In this document: one piece after another, positions 1 through 10,687 of the stretch
How positions within the stretch are numbered: the stretch's first letter is position 1
Layout: every line of letters begins with the position of its first letter
Source: Candidatus Tenderia electrophaga
GTDB lineage: Bacteria; Pseudomonadota; Gammaproteobacteria; Tenderiales; Tenderiaceae
Assembly: GCA_001447805.1 (NCBI GenBank)
Contig: CP013099.1
Location: 2,115,181 to 2,179,180, forward strand
Reading direction: 5' to 3'
Length of the DNA: 64,000 nucleotides
Notes under the pieces: model-generated
What the model was told of the DNA's origin: nothing
Seen by the model: the letters and a program-made list of their open reading frames with translations, nothing else
The model's database searches: none
Program-made: the position numbers and the translations under genes

Positions 1-504
1 ATAGCCGGTGGCACGGATGCCCTGACGAAACAACCAGCCCTCGTAATCGAAACCGCCGGGATTCATAAAGCCGTGAGGCTGCTTCAGCCGCAGCAGCAAC
101 TGCCAAGCTTGACCGACCTCCAGGGGCTGGTCGCTACGATACCAATTCAGCCGCACCCGACGCGGCACCTCGGCCGCCTGGAGCGGCGGCGTGATGACAT
201 CGGTGATCCGGAACAGAAAGCGCTGGCCGTATTGGCGTTGTTCGGGCAGGGACTCAATCACCCCCTCCACGAGCAGATTCTGGCCCTGCCATTCAGACGC
301 CAGCTCGGTGGCCAGCAGGCTGTGCGCCTGCAGCAAGGCGATCAAAAACCCGTTCACCATCCAGAGGGGAATTTTGAGTGGTGCAACCAGGAAAGATAGT
401 GGTAGGCTTAACAACAAAAGACCGGCCCAGCGACCGTCCGGCACGTCAGGCAGTTGCTGAAACACCACAATACCGGCAAGAAATGCGATGGCTGCAAGGC
501 GCAT
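1..504 (-). CDS. comEC: DNA internalization competence protein ComEC/Rec2, 5' part (runs off window)
   Basis: Manual translation from ATG at 504: MRLAAIAFLAGIVVFQQLP...LRLKQPHGFMNPGGFDYEGWLFRQGIRATGY; the NPGGFDYE motif and the position next to DUF2062/lolD are typical. Confidence 0.9.
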   Translation of the reverse strand, partial: MRLAAIAFLAGIVVFQQLPDVPDGRWAGLLLLSLPLSFLVAPLKIPLWMVNGFLIALLQAHSLLATELASEWQGQNLLVEGVIESLPEQRQYGQRFLFRITDVITPPLQAAEVPRRVRLNWYRSDQPLEVGQAWQLLLRLKQPHGFMNPGGFDYEGWLFRQGIRATGY

Positions 505-586
505 CTTTGACTTCTTATTTTTATCCTGAGCTATGAGTGACCACGATTTCCCGGCCGCGGGGCGAGCGTAAGCACATTACCCTATC

Positions 587-1120
587 ATGCCGCGCAAGCT
601 GATCAAACGCTATCTGCCCGATCATCGCAGATTCAGGGAACACAAACACCTGAAGCGCTTCGGCCGTCTGCTGCACGATCCCAATATCTGGCATCTGAAT
701 CGGCGCTCGGTGTCAGGGGCCTTTTTCGTCGGCCTGCTGTGTGCCTGGATACCGGTGCCCTTTCAAATGGTCATCGCCGCCGCCATCGCCATCGCCGCGC
801 GCGTCAATCTGCCCATCTCGGTCATCTTAGTGTGGATCACCAATCCACTGACCATGGCGCCCATGTTCTACTACGCTCACAAACTCGGGGCCTGGATACT
901 CGACAGCCCGCCGCATAAATTCAGCTTTGAGCTATCCTTCAATTGGTTTATGAGCGAGCTGGGGCATTTCTGGCAGCCGTTCCTGCTCGGCTGTTTGCTT
1001 ATCGGGCTGCTGTCCGCCCTGACGGGTTATGTGGCGGCACAAGTGGTCTGGCGCGTGCACATCTTCCAGTATATAAAAAAACGCAGCGCCCGCCGCCGGC
1101 AAGGTAAAGAGACCTCTTAG
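587..1120 (+). CDS. DUF2062 family membrane protein
   Basis: [18 protein letters not shown] and VWITNPLT motifs; usual position between lolD and comEC. Confidence 0.85.
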   Translation: MPRKLIKRYLPDHRRFREHKHLKRFGRLLHDPNIWHLNRRSVSGAFFVGLLCAWIPVPFQMVIAAAIAIAARVNLPISVILVWITNPLTMAPMFYYAHKLGAWILDSPPHKFSFELSFNWFMSELGHFWQPFLLGCLLIGLLSALTGYVAAQVVWRVHIFQYIKKRSARRRQGKETS

Positions 1121-1797
1121 GCCGGCACCAGACGCCCCGCTTCCAAGCGCAACACCCGGTCCATCTTGCCGGCCAGAGAGAGATCATGGGTCACCACCAA
1201 AAAACTGGTACTCAACTCCCGGTTCAGGGACAGCATCAGGTCGTAAACCTGGGCGGCGGTATGCTGATCCAGATTGCCGGTGGGTTCGTCGGCCAAGACG
1301 CACTGAGGTTGGCTTATCAGGGCGCGCGCCACCGCGGCGCGTTGGCGCTCGCCACCGGACAATTCACCCGGCTTGTGCCGGGCGCGCGGCGCCAAGCCGA
1401 CCCGTTCCAGCATCTGCTGCGCCTGGGCGGCGGCGCGTTCGGGCCGATCGCCGCGGATCAGCAGCGGCATGGCCACATTCTCCAGGGCGGTAAATTCCGG
1501 CAACAAATGATGGAACTGATAGACAAAGCCCAAGCTGCGATTGCGCACTTCGCCGCGTTGGCGTTCGTTCATGCCGGTAAAATTCTGCCCCTTCAGATAG
1601 ACTTGACCGGCGCTGGGCAGATCCAGTCCGCCCAACACATGCAACAGCGTGCTTTTGCCGGACCCTGAGGCGCCGATGACGGCCAGGCGTTCACCCTTAC
1701 AGACCTTGAGATCGACGCCATTCAACACCTCGGCCGCCAGGCCGCCTTCAACGAAGCGCTTCACCAGGCCCTGGCAGGACAGAATCACCTCACTCAT
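1117..1797 (-). CDS. lolD: Lipoprotein-releasing ABC transporter ATP-binding protein
   Basis: Walker [40 protein letters not shown]; start MSEVIL overlaps the lolC/E stop. Confidence 0.93.
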   Translation of the reverse strand: MSEVILSCQGLVKRFVEGGLAAEVLNGVDLKVCKGERLAVIGASGSGKSTLLHVLGGLDLPSAGQVYLKGQNFTGMNERQRGEVRNRSLGFVYQFHHLLPEFTALENVAMPLLIRGDRPERAAAQAQQMLERVGLAPRARHKPGELSGGERQRAAVARALISQPQCVLADEPTGNLDQHTAAQVYDLMLSLNRELSTSFLVVTHDLSLAGKMDRVLRLEAGRLVPA

Positions 1798-3037
1798 AGC
1801 GCAGCGCCTCCGCCGGCTGGGTGCGCGAGGCGCGCCAGGCGGGATACACAGTGGCCGCCAGGCACAGCACAAACGCCACCACGCTGATGGTGACGATGTC
1901 TGCGCCGCGCATCTCCGAGGGCAGATCGCTGATGTAGTAGACATCGGGCGACAGGAATTTCATGCCCAGGGCCCGTTCGATGGCCGGTACGATCACCTCC
2001 ACGTTGGAGGCCAGGGCGACACCGCCCGCCACCCCCAGCAGCGTACCGAACAAGCCGATCACCACCCCCTGGACGATGAAGATGCGCATAATCGCGCCGG
2101 GGCTGATGCCCAAGGTGCGCAGGATGGCGATATCGGCCTTCTTATCGGTGACGACCATCACCAGGGTGGAGACGATATTGAAGGCGGCCACCGCCACGAT
2201 CAGAGTCAAAATCACAAACATCACAATCTTCTCGGTCTTCACCGCGCGAAAGAAATTGACGTGTTGACGGGTCCAGTCGGTGATCACAAAACCGTGCGGC
2301 AAATCCTGCACCATGAGCTGGGTCAGGTAGGGGGCCTCGAACATGTCGTCGAGCTTGAGCCGCACGCCGCTGACCTGGCCCGGCTGCAGGAACAGCTTGG
2401 CGGCGTCCTCGATATGAATCAGGGCCAGGGCGCTGTCGAATTCATACATGCCGGCCTCGAATACCCCGGCCACGCTAAAGCGTTTCAAGCGCGGCATAAT
2501 GCCGATGGGCGTGACACTGGCCTGGGGCGTCACCAAGGTCACCTTGTCGCCCACCCTGACCCCCAGTTGGCGCGCCAGCTCCTGCCCCAGAATGATGTTG
2601 AACGCACCGGCCTTAAGGTCACTCAGGGCGCCGGCCACCATGGTCTGATCGAGGGTGGATACCTGCGGTTCCAATGTCGGTGCGACACCGCGAATGATTG
2701 AACCACTGACCCCGGCGCCGGCGGTCAGCATCCCTTCGCCGCGCACGAAAGGCGCCATGCCCTGGATCTGGGGATAGCGCTGCAGATACGGATCCAGACG
2801 CTGCCAGCGCTCCAGGCCGTCGCTGGCGCTGCTCACCACCATGTGCGAGGCCACGCCCAGGATACGCGTGCGCAGCTCCTGCTCGAAACCGTTCATCACC
2901 GACAGCACGGTGATCAGCGCCGTCACCCCCAGGGCGATCCCGGCGATGGAGATGAATGAGATAAAGGAAATAAAGTGGTTGCGCCGTTTGGCACGGGTGT
3001 AGCGCAGACCGATAAACAGTTCCAGGGGTTTAAACAT
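1790..3037 (-). CDS. lolC: Lipoprotein-releasing ABC transporter permease LolC/E
   Basis: [35 protein letters not shown]-terminus. Confidence 0.9.
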   Translation of the reverse strand: MFKPLELFIGLRYTRAKRRNHFISFISFISIAGIALGVTALITVLSVMNGFEQELRTRILGVASHMVVSSASDGLERWQRLDPYLQRYPQIQGMAPFVRGEGMLTAGAGVSGSIIRGVAPTLEPQVSTLDQTMVAGALSDLKAGAFNIILGQELARQLGVRVGDKVTLVTPQASVTPIGIMPRLKRFSVAGVFEAGMYEFDSALALIHIEDAAKLFLQPGQVSGVRLKLDDMFEAPYLTQLMVQDLPHGFVITDWTRQHVNFFRAVKTEKIVMFVILTLIVAVAAFNIVSTLVMVVTDKKADIAILRTLGISPGAIMRIFIVQGVVIGLFGTLLGVAGGVALASNVEVIVPAIERALGMKFLSPDVYYISDLPSEMRGADIVTISVVAFVLCLAATVYPAWRASRTQPAEALRYE

Positions 3038-3040
3038 CGC

Positions 3041-3718
3041 TTAAGATAAATTTTCGGGTTGGAGTGCCGCCGGACATTGTCGCCTTAAACAGCATTCACT
3101 ACAACGGGCACGTTTGCGGCAGATATCCTTGGCGTGAATCACGATCAAGGCATGATACTCGTTGTACATCTGCACCTGTTGCGCGCGCGTCTTGATGCGG
3201 CGACTCAGGTTGGACTCGAATAGATGACGCAGGGTTTCATAGGCCTCGTCGCCGTCGATCAGCCCTAGGCGCGCAAACAGGCGGCGGGTATAGGCATCGA
3301 TAACGAACACCGGGCGATCAAAGGCATACAGCATCATGTCATCGGCGGTCTCAAATCCGACCCCGTTCACCGACAGCAGGCCGCGACGCAGTTCATCATC
3401 ATCCCATTCTCGAATGACCTTCTCGCCGCCCTGCTGTTGCAACCAGCGACAAAAATTCTGCAGGCGCTTGGCCTTGACGTTGAAATAGCCCGCCGGTTTG
3501 ATCAAGCGGGCAAGCTGTGCGGCGGGCATGGCGGCGATCTTGTTCAATGACAAGGCGCGGCCGTGCTTGAGATGGGCGATGGCCTTTTCTACATTGATCC
3601 AGGCGGTGTTCTGGGTCAGCACTGCGCCCACCATGATCTCGAACGGCGTATCACCCGGCCACCAGGATTGGGGGCCGTAGTGTTTGTACAGGCTGCGATA
3701 GACCGACAGAAACGTCAT
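3041..3718 (-). CDS. HhH-GPD (endonuclease III-like) DNA glycosylase with 4Fe-4S motif
   Basis: WWPGDTPFEIMVGAVLTQNTAW, GVGFETAD, C-terminal CRKRARCSECCLRRQC. Confidence 0.85.
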   Translation of the reverse strand: MTFLSVYRSLYKHYGPQSWWPGDTPFEIMVGAVLTQNTAWINVEKAIAHLKHGRALSLNKIAAMPAAQLARLIKPAGYFNVKAKRLQNFCRWLQQQGGEKVIREWDDDELRRGLLSVNGVGFETADDMMLYAFDRPVFVIDAYTRRLFARLGLIDGDEAYETLRHLFESNLSRRIKTRAQQVQMYNEYHALIVIHAKDICRKRARCSECCLRRQCPAALQPENLS

Positions 3719-4557
3719 TTACGCTTTTTGTAGACCGACTGCCTCGCCCTGACCGGCTTTTTGTGTGGCTTGCCCGCTTTGCGCCGGGCGGGCTTTTCGT
3801 CGCGGGCCAGTTGCTCCAGCGGGGTCAGGCCGACACTGTGGCGCAGCAATTCTATATCAGCGCGTGTCAACTCGTCCCATTCGCCCGATTTGAGACCGCG
3901 GCGCAGCGCAATCGGCCCATAGCGCACCCGCGACAGGCGGCTCACCCGCACCCCTTGGGATTCCCACAGGCGGCGCACCTCGCGGTTACGGCCTTCATTG
4001 AGGGTGACGTGGTACCAATGGTTGGCGCCCTGGCCGCCGGCATCGCGGATACTGTTGAAATGGGCCGGGCCGTCTTCCAACTCCACGCCCTGGCGCAGTT
4101 GGCGCAGCATGGCCTCATCCACCGGGCCCAGCACCCGCACGGCGTATTCACGCTCCAGTTCATGGGACGGATGCATCAGGCGGTTGGCCAGCTCACCGTC
4201 GGTGGTCAGCAAAATCAGACCGCTGGTGTTGATATCCAAGCGCCCCACGGTGATCCAACGGCCGCTGCGCAGACGCGGCAGACGGTCGAATATGGTGGGC
4301 CGCCCGTCCGGATCGGAACGGGTGCAGACTTCGCCTTCGGGCTTGTGATAGGCCAATACGCGGTGTTTGGTCGCCGGCCGTCGTTCGAGTCGAATCACCT
4401 TGCCGTCGACGCGCACGGTATCGCTCAATTCGGCCTTGTCGCCGAGGGAGATCACATTGCCGTTGACGCTGACACGGCCGGCCTCGATCAGACGTTCGGC
4501 CTCGCGCCGCGAGGCGATGCCGGCCGCGGCCAGAAGTTTTTGGATACGTTCTGCCAC
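3715..4557 (-). CDS. rluB: 23S rRNA pseudouridine synthase B
   Basis: S4 domain ERIQKLLA..SRREAE, catalytic VGRLDINTSG, EGRNREVRR; downstream of scpB. Confidence 0.92.
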   Translation of the reverse strand: MAERIQKLLAAAGIASRREAERLIEAGRVSVNGNVISLGDKAELSDTVRVDGKVIRLERRPATKHRVLAYHKPEGEVCTRSDPDGRPTIFDRLPRLRSGRWITVGRLDINTSGLILLTTDGELANRLMHPSHELEREYAVRVLGPVDEAMLRQLRQGVELEDGPAHFNSIRDAGGQGANHWYHVTLNEGRNREVRRLWESQGVRVSRLSRVRYGPIALRRGLKSGEWDELTRADIELLRHSVGLTPLEQLARDEKPARRKAGKPHKKPVRARQSVYKKRK

Positions 4558-4565
4558 GATTAGGA

Positions 4566-5381
4566 TTAATAGGCGGCTTCGGTTTTGGAGCGGGCGTCGC
4601 TGTCGGAGCCGTCATCCTCCGCCTCGGCCTGCGCCTGCTCGTCACGCGTTTCAGGCGGCTGATCCTCGGCCTGCGCTGCGTCGGTCTCGACGTCGGCCGT
4701 GTCCCGCTCGGCAGGATGTTCATCCGCGTCCGCCAAGGCCACCGGCTGCACTTGATCCGTATCGCTCCCCGCGTCATTCGCGGCGTGATCACCCGCGTCA
4801 TCTTGCGCCTGTTCGCCGAAATCGAATTCGCGCTCGATGCTGTCGATGCTGCGCAATTCGGCCAGGGGGGGCAGATCGCTCAGACTCTTGAGATTGAAAT
4901 AATCGAGAAAGCCCTTGGTCGTCCCGTACAGCGCCGGCTTGCCGGGCACGTCGCGATGACCGATGACACGAATCCATTCGCGCTCCAGGAGGGACTTGAT
5001 GATATTGCTGCTCACCGTCACGCCGCGCACATCCTCGATCTCGCTGCGGGTGATCGGCTGGCGGTAGGCGATCAGCGCCAGGGTTTCCAGGGTGGCGCGC
5101 GAGTATTTCGACGGCCGCTCTTCCCACAGGCGCGCGATCCAGGGCGCCAGGGCGACCTTGACCTGGTAGCGAAAGCCGCTGCTCACCTCCTTCAACTCCA
5201 CACCGCGCTCGCCACATTCTTCCTGCAGTTGCGCAATGGCGCTGCGGATCTCCTCGCGGCTGGGCTGGCCCTCGTCCAGGAACAGGCTCAGGATCTGATC
5301 GATACTCAGGGGCCGGCCGGCGGCCAGCAGCGCGCCTTCGATGATCTGTTTCAGTTTGTCAGGATTCGTGTGCATGGACAT
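4566..5381 (-). CDS. scpB: SMC-Scp complex subunit ScpB
   Basis: LETLALIAYRQPITRSEIEDVRGV, PGKPALYGTT; acidic tail. Confidence 0.93.
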   Translation of the reverse strand: MSMHTNPDKLKQIIEGALLAAGRPLSIDQILSLFLDEGQPSREEIRSAIAQLQEECGERGVELKEVSSGFRYQVKVALAPWIARLWEERPSKYSRATLETLALIAYRQPITRSEIEDVRGVTVSSNIIKSLLEREWIRVIGHRDVPGKPALYGTTKGFLDYFNLKSLSDLPPLAELRSIDSIEREFDFGEQAQDDAGDHAANDAGSDTDQVQPVALADADEHPAERDTADVETDAAQAEDQPPETRDEQAQAEAEDDGSDSDARSKTEAAY

Positions 5382-6228
5382 TCTGATGCGCCTTTACGTA
5401 GATAGGTCCGAAGGGTTCGGTCTGAATCATTTCGATCAGACTCTCCTTGATCAATTCGAGCACGGCCAGCAGGGTCACCACCACCCCCATGCGTCCTTCC
5501 TGGACCTTAAACAATTTACTGAACTCGATAAAGCTGTCGGGATTGATCATGTCCAACACCCCGGTCATGCGCTCACGCACCGACAGGGCCTCACGCTGGA
5601 TGTGATGGGAGGAAAACATGTCGGCGCGCCGCAGCACGTCCTGAAAGGCCAGCAACACCTCTTTCAACTCCACCTCGGGCACCGGCTTGACCACCTTCAG
5701 ATCGGGCGCCTCGGCGCTGCTCTCGAACACATCGCGGCCGAGGCGCGGCAGCTCGTCCATATCCTCGGCGGCCCGTTTATAGCGTTCGTATTCCTGCAGC
5801 CGGCGCACCAGTTCGGCACGCGGGTCTTCCTCGTCTTCCTCGGCAGCCGCGGGACGCGGCAGCAGCATGCGCGACTTGATTTCGGCCAGCATGGCGGCCA
5901 TCACCAGGTACTCGGCGGCCAGCTCGAAACGCATATCCTGCATCATGTCGATATAGCTCATGTACTGGCGCGTGATCTCGGCAATGGGGATATCCAGGAC
6001 GTCCAGGTTCTGACGCCGGATCATGTATAACAACAGGTCCAAGGGGCCTTCAAAGGCTTCCAGGAACACCTCCAGCGCGTCGGGGGGAATATAGAGATCC
6101 CGGGGCAGCTGGGTCAGGGCCTCGCCGTGGATCAGGGCGAAGGGAATCTCCTGCTGCAGGGCCGTTTCGGCGGGCGCATCATGCTCGCCGTGACCGGCCG
6201 CTGCTGCGCTGTCGTGTGTCTCGCTCAT
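5359..6228 (-). CDS. scpA: Segregation/condensation protein ScpA
   Basis: FEGPLDLLLYMIR, AEYLVMAAMLAEIKSRMLLP, DPRAELVRRLQEYE; start MSETHD overlaps the trpS stop. Confidence 0.92.
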   Translation of the reverse strand: MSETHDSAAAAGHGEHDAPAETALQQEIPFALIHGEALTQLPRDLYIPPDALEVFLEAFEGPLDLLLYMIRRQNLDVLDIPIAEITRQYMSYIDMMQDMRFELAAEYLVMAAMLAEIKSRMLLPRPAAAEEDEEDPRAELVRRLQEYERYKRAAEDMDELPRLGRDVFESSAEAPDLKVVKPVPEVELKEVLLAFQDVLRRADMFSSHHIQREALSVRERMTGVLDMINPDSFIEFSKLFKVQEGRMGVVVTLLAVLELIKESLIEMIQTEPFGPIYVKAHQNVHAHES

Positions 6229-7442
6229 CGATACTCCAGGCCCATGGATTGACGCACCTCTTCCAACGTCTTGCGCGCCACTTCCCTGGCCTGTTCGGTT
6301 CCCTCGTTGACGACCTTGCGCACAAGGTTGGGGTTGTTGACGAATTCCTCGGCGCGCTCGCGCATGGGCGCTTGCTCCCGGATCACCTGATCGATCACTG
6401 GCTGCTTGCATTCCAGACAGCCGATGCCGGCGCTGCGACACCCCTCCTGCACCCAGGCCTTCACGTCATCCGTGGAATAGACCTGGTGCAACTGCCACAC
6501 CGGGCATTTATCCGGATCGCCCGGATCAGTACGCCGCACCCGCGCCGGATCAGTGGGCATGGTGCGCAGCTTCTTCTCCACCTCGGCCGGGTCTTCGCGC
6601 AGGGCGATGGTATTGCCGTAGGACTTAGACATCTTTTGCCCGTCCAGACCGGGCATCTTGGAGGCCTGGGTCAGCAGCGGCTGCGGCTCGGGCAGGATTA
6701 TTCTACCCCCTCCCTCCAGATATCCAAACAGCCGCTCCTTGTCACTGAGGGTGATATTCTGTTGCGCCTCCAGCAGGGCGCGCGCCGTCTGCAGCGCCTC
6801 ATCATCACCTTTTTCCTGAAATTTCTTCCTCAACTCATCGTAAAGCTTGGCGTTTTTCTTGCCCATTTTTTTGACCGCCGCCGCCGCCTTATCTTCAAAG
6901 CCGGGCTCACGGCCGTACAGATGATTGAAGCGCCGCGCCACTTCGCGGGTGAGTTCCACATGGGCCACTTGGTCTTCCCCCACCGGCACCAGTCCGGCCT
7001 TATAGATGAGGATGTCGGCGCTTTGCAGCAGCGGGTAGCCGAGAAAGCCGTAGGTGGCCAGGTCTTTCTCCTTCAACCGCTCCTGCTGGTCCTTATAGGT
7101 GGGCACGCGTTCCAGCCAGCCGAGCGGCGCCATCATGCCCAACAATAGGTGCAACTCGGCGTGTTCCGGCACCCGTGATTGAATGAAGATCTTGGCCGAG
7201 CCCGGATTGACACCGGCGGCCAGCCAGTCGATCACCATTTCCCAGACATTGTTGGCGATGATGGCGGTATTTTCGTACTCCGTGGTCAGGGCATGCCAAT
7301 CGGCCACGAAGAAGAAGCAGTCGTACTCGTGCTGCAGCTGAACCCAGTTTTTGAGCACGCCGTGATAGTGCCCCAGATGCAGCTTGCCGGTGGGACGCAT
7401 GCCGGACAGGACACGCTGCTGTTGGTTTGGAACCGTATTCAA
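6225..7442 (-). CDS. trpS: Tryptophan--tRNA ligase
   Basis: SGMRPTGKLHLGHY (HIGH-like), GYPLLQSADI, KMSKS. Confidence 0.96.
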   Translation of the reverse strand: MNTVPNQQQRVLSGMRPTGKLHLGHYHGVLKNWVQLQHEYDCFFFVADWHALTTEYENTAIIANNVWEMVIDWLAAGVNPGSAKIFIQSRVPEHAELHLLLGMMAPLGWLERVPTYKDQQERLKEKDLATYGFLGYPLLQSADILIYKAGLVPVGEDQVAHVELTREVARRFNHLYGREPGFEDKAAAAVKKMGKKNAKLYDELRKKFQEKGDDEALQTARALLEAQQNITLSDKERLFGYLEGGGRIILPEPQPLLTQASKMPGLDGQKMSKSYGNTIALREDPAEVEKKLRTMPTDPARVRRTDPGDPDKCPVWQLHQVYSTDDVKAWVQEGCRSAGIGCLECKQPVIDQVIREQAPMRERAEEFVNNPNLVRKVVNEGTEQAREVARKTLEEVRQSMGLEYR

Positions 7443-7469
7443 ATCACTCCCTTCCTTACCCTGGTCTAT

Positions 7470-8126
7470 TTATAAGGCCAACACACTATACAACAGCTGC
7501 ATCACACCCTGAACCACGGGCCATAGCAGACCACCCAGCAGACCGGTGAACAGCAATACCAGCAGAATCACAATGCCATAGGGTTCGATACGTGAATATT
7601 TGTAGGCCAGCGGCCCGGGCAACAGGCCGGCCAGCACGCGGCCGCCGTCCAGCGGCGGCAATGGTAACAAATTTAACACCATCAGAATGATGTTAATCAG
7701 AATACCGGCGCTGCCCATGTAGATCATGGGCAGGCCGAGGAACGGCACCTGATCCGCCAGCAGATAGCCGAGCTTGGCCACCACGCCCCAGCCGATGGCC
7801 ATGAGCAGATTGGAACTCGGACCGGCCAAGGCCACCAGCGCCATGTCACGCTTGGGATTACGCAGATTCTGCCACGTGACCGGCACCGGTTTGGCCCAGC
7901 CGAAGATGAAATTACCGGGCAGCAGCACGAATATCAGCGGCACCAGCACCGTGCCGATGGGATCGATGTGCTTGAGCGGGTTGAGGGTCAGACGCCCCAT
8001 CATTTCGGCCGTCGGGTCACCCAGGCGACGCGCCACCCAACCGTGGGAGACCTCGTGAACGGTGATGGCGAACAGCACCGGCAGGGCCCAGGCGGCGATC
8101 TCCTGCACTAAATTCAATTGCAACAT
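7470..8126 (-). CDS. Site-2 protease (M50) family membrane metalloprotease
   Basis: HEVSH, NLLPLPPLDGG. Confidence 0.9.
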   Translation of the reverse strand: MLQLNLVQEIAAWALPVLFAITVHEVSHGWVARRLGDPTAEMMGRLTLNPLKHIDPIGTVLVPLIFVLLPGNFIFGWAKPVPVTWQNLRNPKRDMALVALAGPSSNLLMAIGWGVVAKLGYLLADQVPFLGLPMIYMGSAGILINIILMVLNLLPLPPLDGGRVLAGLLPGPLAYKYSRIEPYGIVILLVLLFTGLLGGLLWPVVQGVMQLLYSVLAL

Positions 8127-8149
8127 CGCAGCAGTATACCCCTTTCCGA

Positions 8150-8179
8150 CATAATGATAATTATTCGAATAATATTATT
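8150..8179. promoter_or_regulatory. AT-rich palindromic operator candidate (Fur-box-like)
   Basis: CATAATGATAATTATTCGA matches 14/19 of the Fur consensus; perfect palindromes ATTATTCGAATAAT and AATAATATTATT overlap it. Confidence 0.35.
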
Positions 8180-8214
8180 GCCTTACAATATTTATATGAC
8201 TCACTACTTTAAGG

Positions 8215-8835
8215 CTATAGCACAAGCTCGTCGGCCCCCTTGCCGCGCCGCACCACCTCCGGCGTCTCGTCCAGCAACTCGATCACCGTGGTGGGTTCCA
8301 GACCGCAGTAGCCGCCGTCGATGATCAGGTCCACCTGGTGACCGACCGTATCGCGCATGTCATAGGGATCGATCATGGGAAATTCATCGCCGGGCAGGAT
8401 CATGGTCGAACTCAGGATCGGCTCGCCCAGCGCGTCCAGCAGCGCCAGGGCGATGGCATTGTCGGGCATGCGCACGCCGATGGTCTTGCGCTTGGGGTGC
8501 AGCAGGCGTTTGGGCACGACCTTCATGGCCGGCAGCACGAAGGTGTAAGGGCCGGGGGTAAGCCCTTTGATGAAGCGATAGGCGATGTTGTCGATCTGGG
8601 CATAATCGGACATCTCGGACAAATCACGACACATCAGGGTGAAATTGTGTTTGTCATCCAAGCTGCGGATGCGGCGAATGCGCTCCACCGCCTTTTTGTC
8701 GCCGATCTGACAGCCGAAGGCATAACAGGAATCGGTAGGATAGATCACCACCCCGCCCTGGCGGATGATCTCCACCGCGCCCCGGATCAGGCGCTGTTGC
8801 GGCGTTTCCGGATGAATCTGGAAAAACTGGCTCAT
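8215..8835 (-). CDS. yciO: Sua5/YciO/YrdC family protein (YciO type)
   Basis: MSQFFQIHPETPQQRLI, YPTDSCYA, PGPYTFVL, KRKTIGVR. Confidence 0.88.
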   Translation of the reverse strand: MSQFFQIHPETPQQRLIRGAVEIIRQGGVVIYPTDSCYAFGCQIGDKKAVERIRRIRSLDDKHNFTLMCRDLSEMSDYAQIDNIAYRFIKGLTPGPYTFVLPAMKVVPKRLLHPKRKTIGVRMPDNAIALALLDALGEPILSSTMILPGDEFPMIDPYDMRDTVGHQVDLIIDGGYCGLEPTTVIELLDETPEVVRRGKGADELVL

Positions 8836-8839
8836 GCGT

Positions 8840-9685
8840 TCATTCCCACAAGCGCCAGACGGGTTCGCAGCCCTGCGGCAGGGGCGGCAAGCGGCCCATG
8901 TGGCGCCAGGTTTGACTGGGGCCGTGATAATCGGACCCCAAGGAGGCATGCAGTTCATAGCGGCGCACATAATCGGCCAGGTTGCGGGTCATGTTGATGT
9001 CCTGGCTGCCCGAGATCACCTCCAGCGCCCGTCCCCCCACGGCCTTGAACGCCTCGATCAGGCGCCGCAGTTTGGTGGCGGACAGCTTATAGCGGCCGGG
9101 ATGGGCGATGACCGCCTCACCGCCGGCGGCGGTAATCCACTGCACCGCCGTCTCCAGACTGGTCCATTCGGTCTTCACATAGGCGGGCTTGCCGGTGCCG
9201 AGATAACGGTCGAAGGCCTCCTGCAGGGTCTTGACGCGGCCGCAGGCATGCAGATGGCGGGCGAAGTGGGTCCGGCTCAGGATCTGGCCGTTGGCATAGC
9301 ACCTGGCCCCTTCCAGACTGCCGTCGAAGCCGAGCTTGTCCAAACGCCGCGCCATCTCGGTGGCGCGGGCCTCGCGCTGTCGCCGCAGTCCCGCCAGGCC
9401 TTGTTGCAGAGTGACATTTGCGACATCGAAATTCAGTCCGACGATGTGCAACAGATACGTGTCCCAAGTGACCGAGATTTCGACACCGCTGACAAAACCC
9501 AAGCCATGCGCGCGCGCCGCGCCGGCCGCCTCGGCGAGGCCGTCGGTAACATCATGGTCGGTGAGCGCCAACACCTCCACCCCGTTTTGCACGGCGTATT
9601 CCACCAGCGCCGTCGGCGAGAGTTCGCCGTCGGAGGCGGTGGAATGACAGTGCAGATCATATTTCGTGTATCTATCCGTTCCCAT
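8840..9685 (-). CDS. PHP domain protein (YciV/Rnm-like)
   Basis: DLHCHSTASDG, LTDHD, AHP, GSDYHG; alternative start at 9709. Confidence 0.88.
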   Translation of the reverse strand: MGTDRYTKYDLHCHSTASDGELSPTALVEYAVQNGVEVLALTDHDVTDGLAEAAGAARAHGLGFVSGVEISVTWDTYLLHIVGLNFDVANVTLQQGLAGLRRQREARATEMARRLDKLGFDGSLEGARCYANGQILSRTHFARHLHACGRVKTLQEAFDRYLGTGKPAYVKTEWTSLETAVQWITAAGGEAVIAHPGRYKLSATKLRRLIEAFKAVGGRALEVISGSQDINMTRNLADYVRRYELHASLGSDYHGPSQTWRHMGRLPPLPQGCEPVWRLWE

Positions 9686-9782
9686 GAATCTCGCGGCATG
9701 CCTCGACAAAGCGGCCTATGATAGAATCTTTGACCTCATTTAGCGAGACCCCTTACTGCCCCCTTGAGATGTTGAGGACTTC

Positions 9783-10388
9783 ATGAAATTCCTGTTTGAT
9801 TTTTTCCCCATTCTTTTATTTTTCATTGCCTATAAAGCCTACGACATCTATGTCGCCACGGCCGTGGCCATCGTCGCCTCCTTCATCCAAGTGGGCTGGC
9901 TCTGGCTGCAGCATCGGCGCGTCGAGAAGATGCATGTCATCACGCTGTTGCTGATCGTGGTACTGGGCGGCGCCACCCTGGCCTTGCAAGACCCGACCTT
10001 CATCATGTGGAAGCCATCCCTGGTCAACTGGGCCTTCGCGCTGGTGTTCGTCGGCAGTCACTTCATCGGCAAAAAGACCATCGTGCAACGCATGATGGAG
10101 AAAAACGTAGCGCTGCCCGGGCACATCTGGCCGCGCCTGAATATCGCCTGGTCGGTGTTCTTCGTATTTATCGGCTTTCTCAATCTCTATGTGGCCTACA
10201 ATTTCGACGAGGCCACCTGGGTCAACTTCAAACTCTTCGGCATGATCGGCCTGACCTTCGTCTTCATCATCGCCCAGGCCTTTTTCATCGGCCGTTACAT
10301 GAAGGAGCCGGAATCGGCCAACCCGCCGGAATCCGTAAATTCCCCAGAATCCGTAAAATCCCCCGTAAAATCCAAGGAGCAACCTTGA
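9783..10388 (+). CDS. yciB: Septation protein A / inner membrane protein YciB
   Basis: [29 protein letters not shown]. Confidence 0.93.
   Translation: MKFLFDFFPILLFFIAYKAYDIYVATAVAIVASFIQVGWLWLQHRRVEKMHVITLLLIVVLGGATLALQDPTFIMWKPSLVNWAFALVFVGSHFIGKKTIVQRMMEKNVALPGHIWPRLNIAWSVFFVFIGFLNLYVAYNFDEATWVNFKLFGMIGLTFVFIIAQAFFIGRYMKEPESANPPESVNSPESVKSPVKSKEQP
10308..10373 (+). repeat. Degenerate in-frame 18-bp tandem repeat in the yciB 3' end
   Basis: ccggaatcggccaacccg / ccggaatccgtaaattcc / ccagaatccgtaaaatcc, giving [18 protein letters not shown]. Confidence 0.7.
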
Positions 10389-10687
10389 TGCTGTATGCCA
10401 TCATCGGCCGCGATAAGGACAACAGCCTGGAACAACGTCTGGCGGCACGCCCCGAGCATCTGCAACGACTGGAGGCCCTGAAAGGGCAAGGCCGCCTGCT
10501 GTTGGCCGGCCCCTTTCCCGCCATCGACAGCGAGGACCCCGGTCCGGCGGGCTTCAGCGGCAGCCTGATCGTGGCCGAGTTCGAATCCCTCGAGGCCGCG
10601 CAGCAATGGGCCGATCAGGACCCCTATGTTGCAGCCGGGGTGTACCAGAGTGTTACCATTAGGCCTTTCAAAAAGGTATTGCCTTAA
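10388..10687 (+). CDS. yciI: YciI family protein
   Basis: [34 protein letters not shown]; ATG overlaps the yciB TGA. Confidence 0.92.
   Translation: MLYAIIGRDKDNSLEQRLAARPEHLQRLEALKGQGRLLLAGPFPAIDSEDPGPAGFSGSLIVAEFESLEAAQQWADQDPYVAAGVYQSVTIRPFKKVLP

Noticed and set aside
1798-1944. N-terminal extensions in the ORF track (lolD; likewise scpA, yciO, mgtE, yciI, tesA, ybiB-like)
   Set aside because: They overlap neighbouring genes; downstream starts match family N-termini and translational coupling.
6600-6950. Insertion in TrpRS (405 aa) as an intein or novel domain
   Set aside because: No intein motifs; long-form TrpRS of about 400 aa occurs in other proteobacteria.
10308-10373. Tandem PES repeats at the YciB C-terminus as a functional module
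   Set aside because: Short, degenerate, in-frame slippage in a variable tail; no sign of phase variation.
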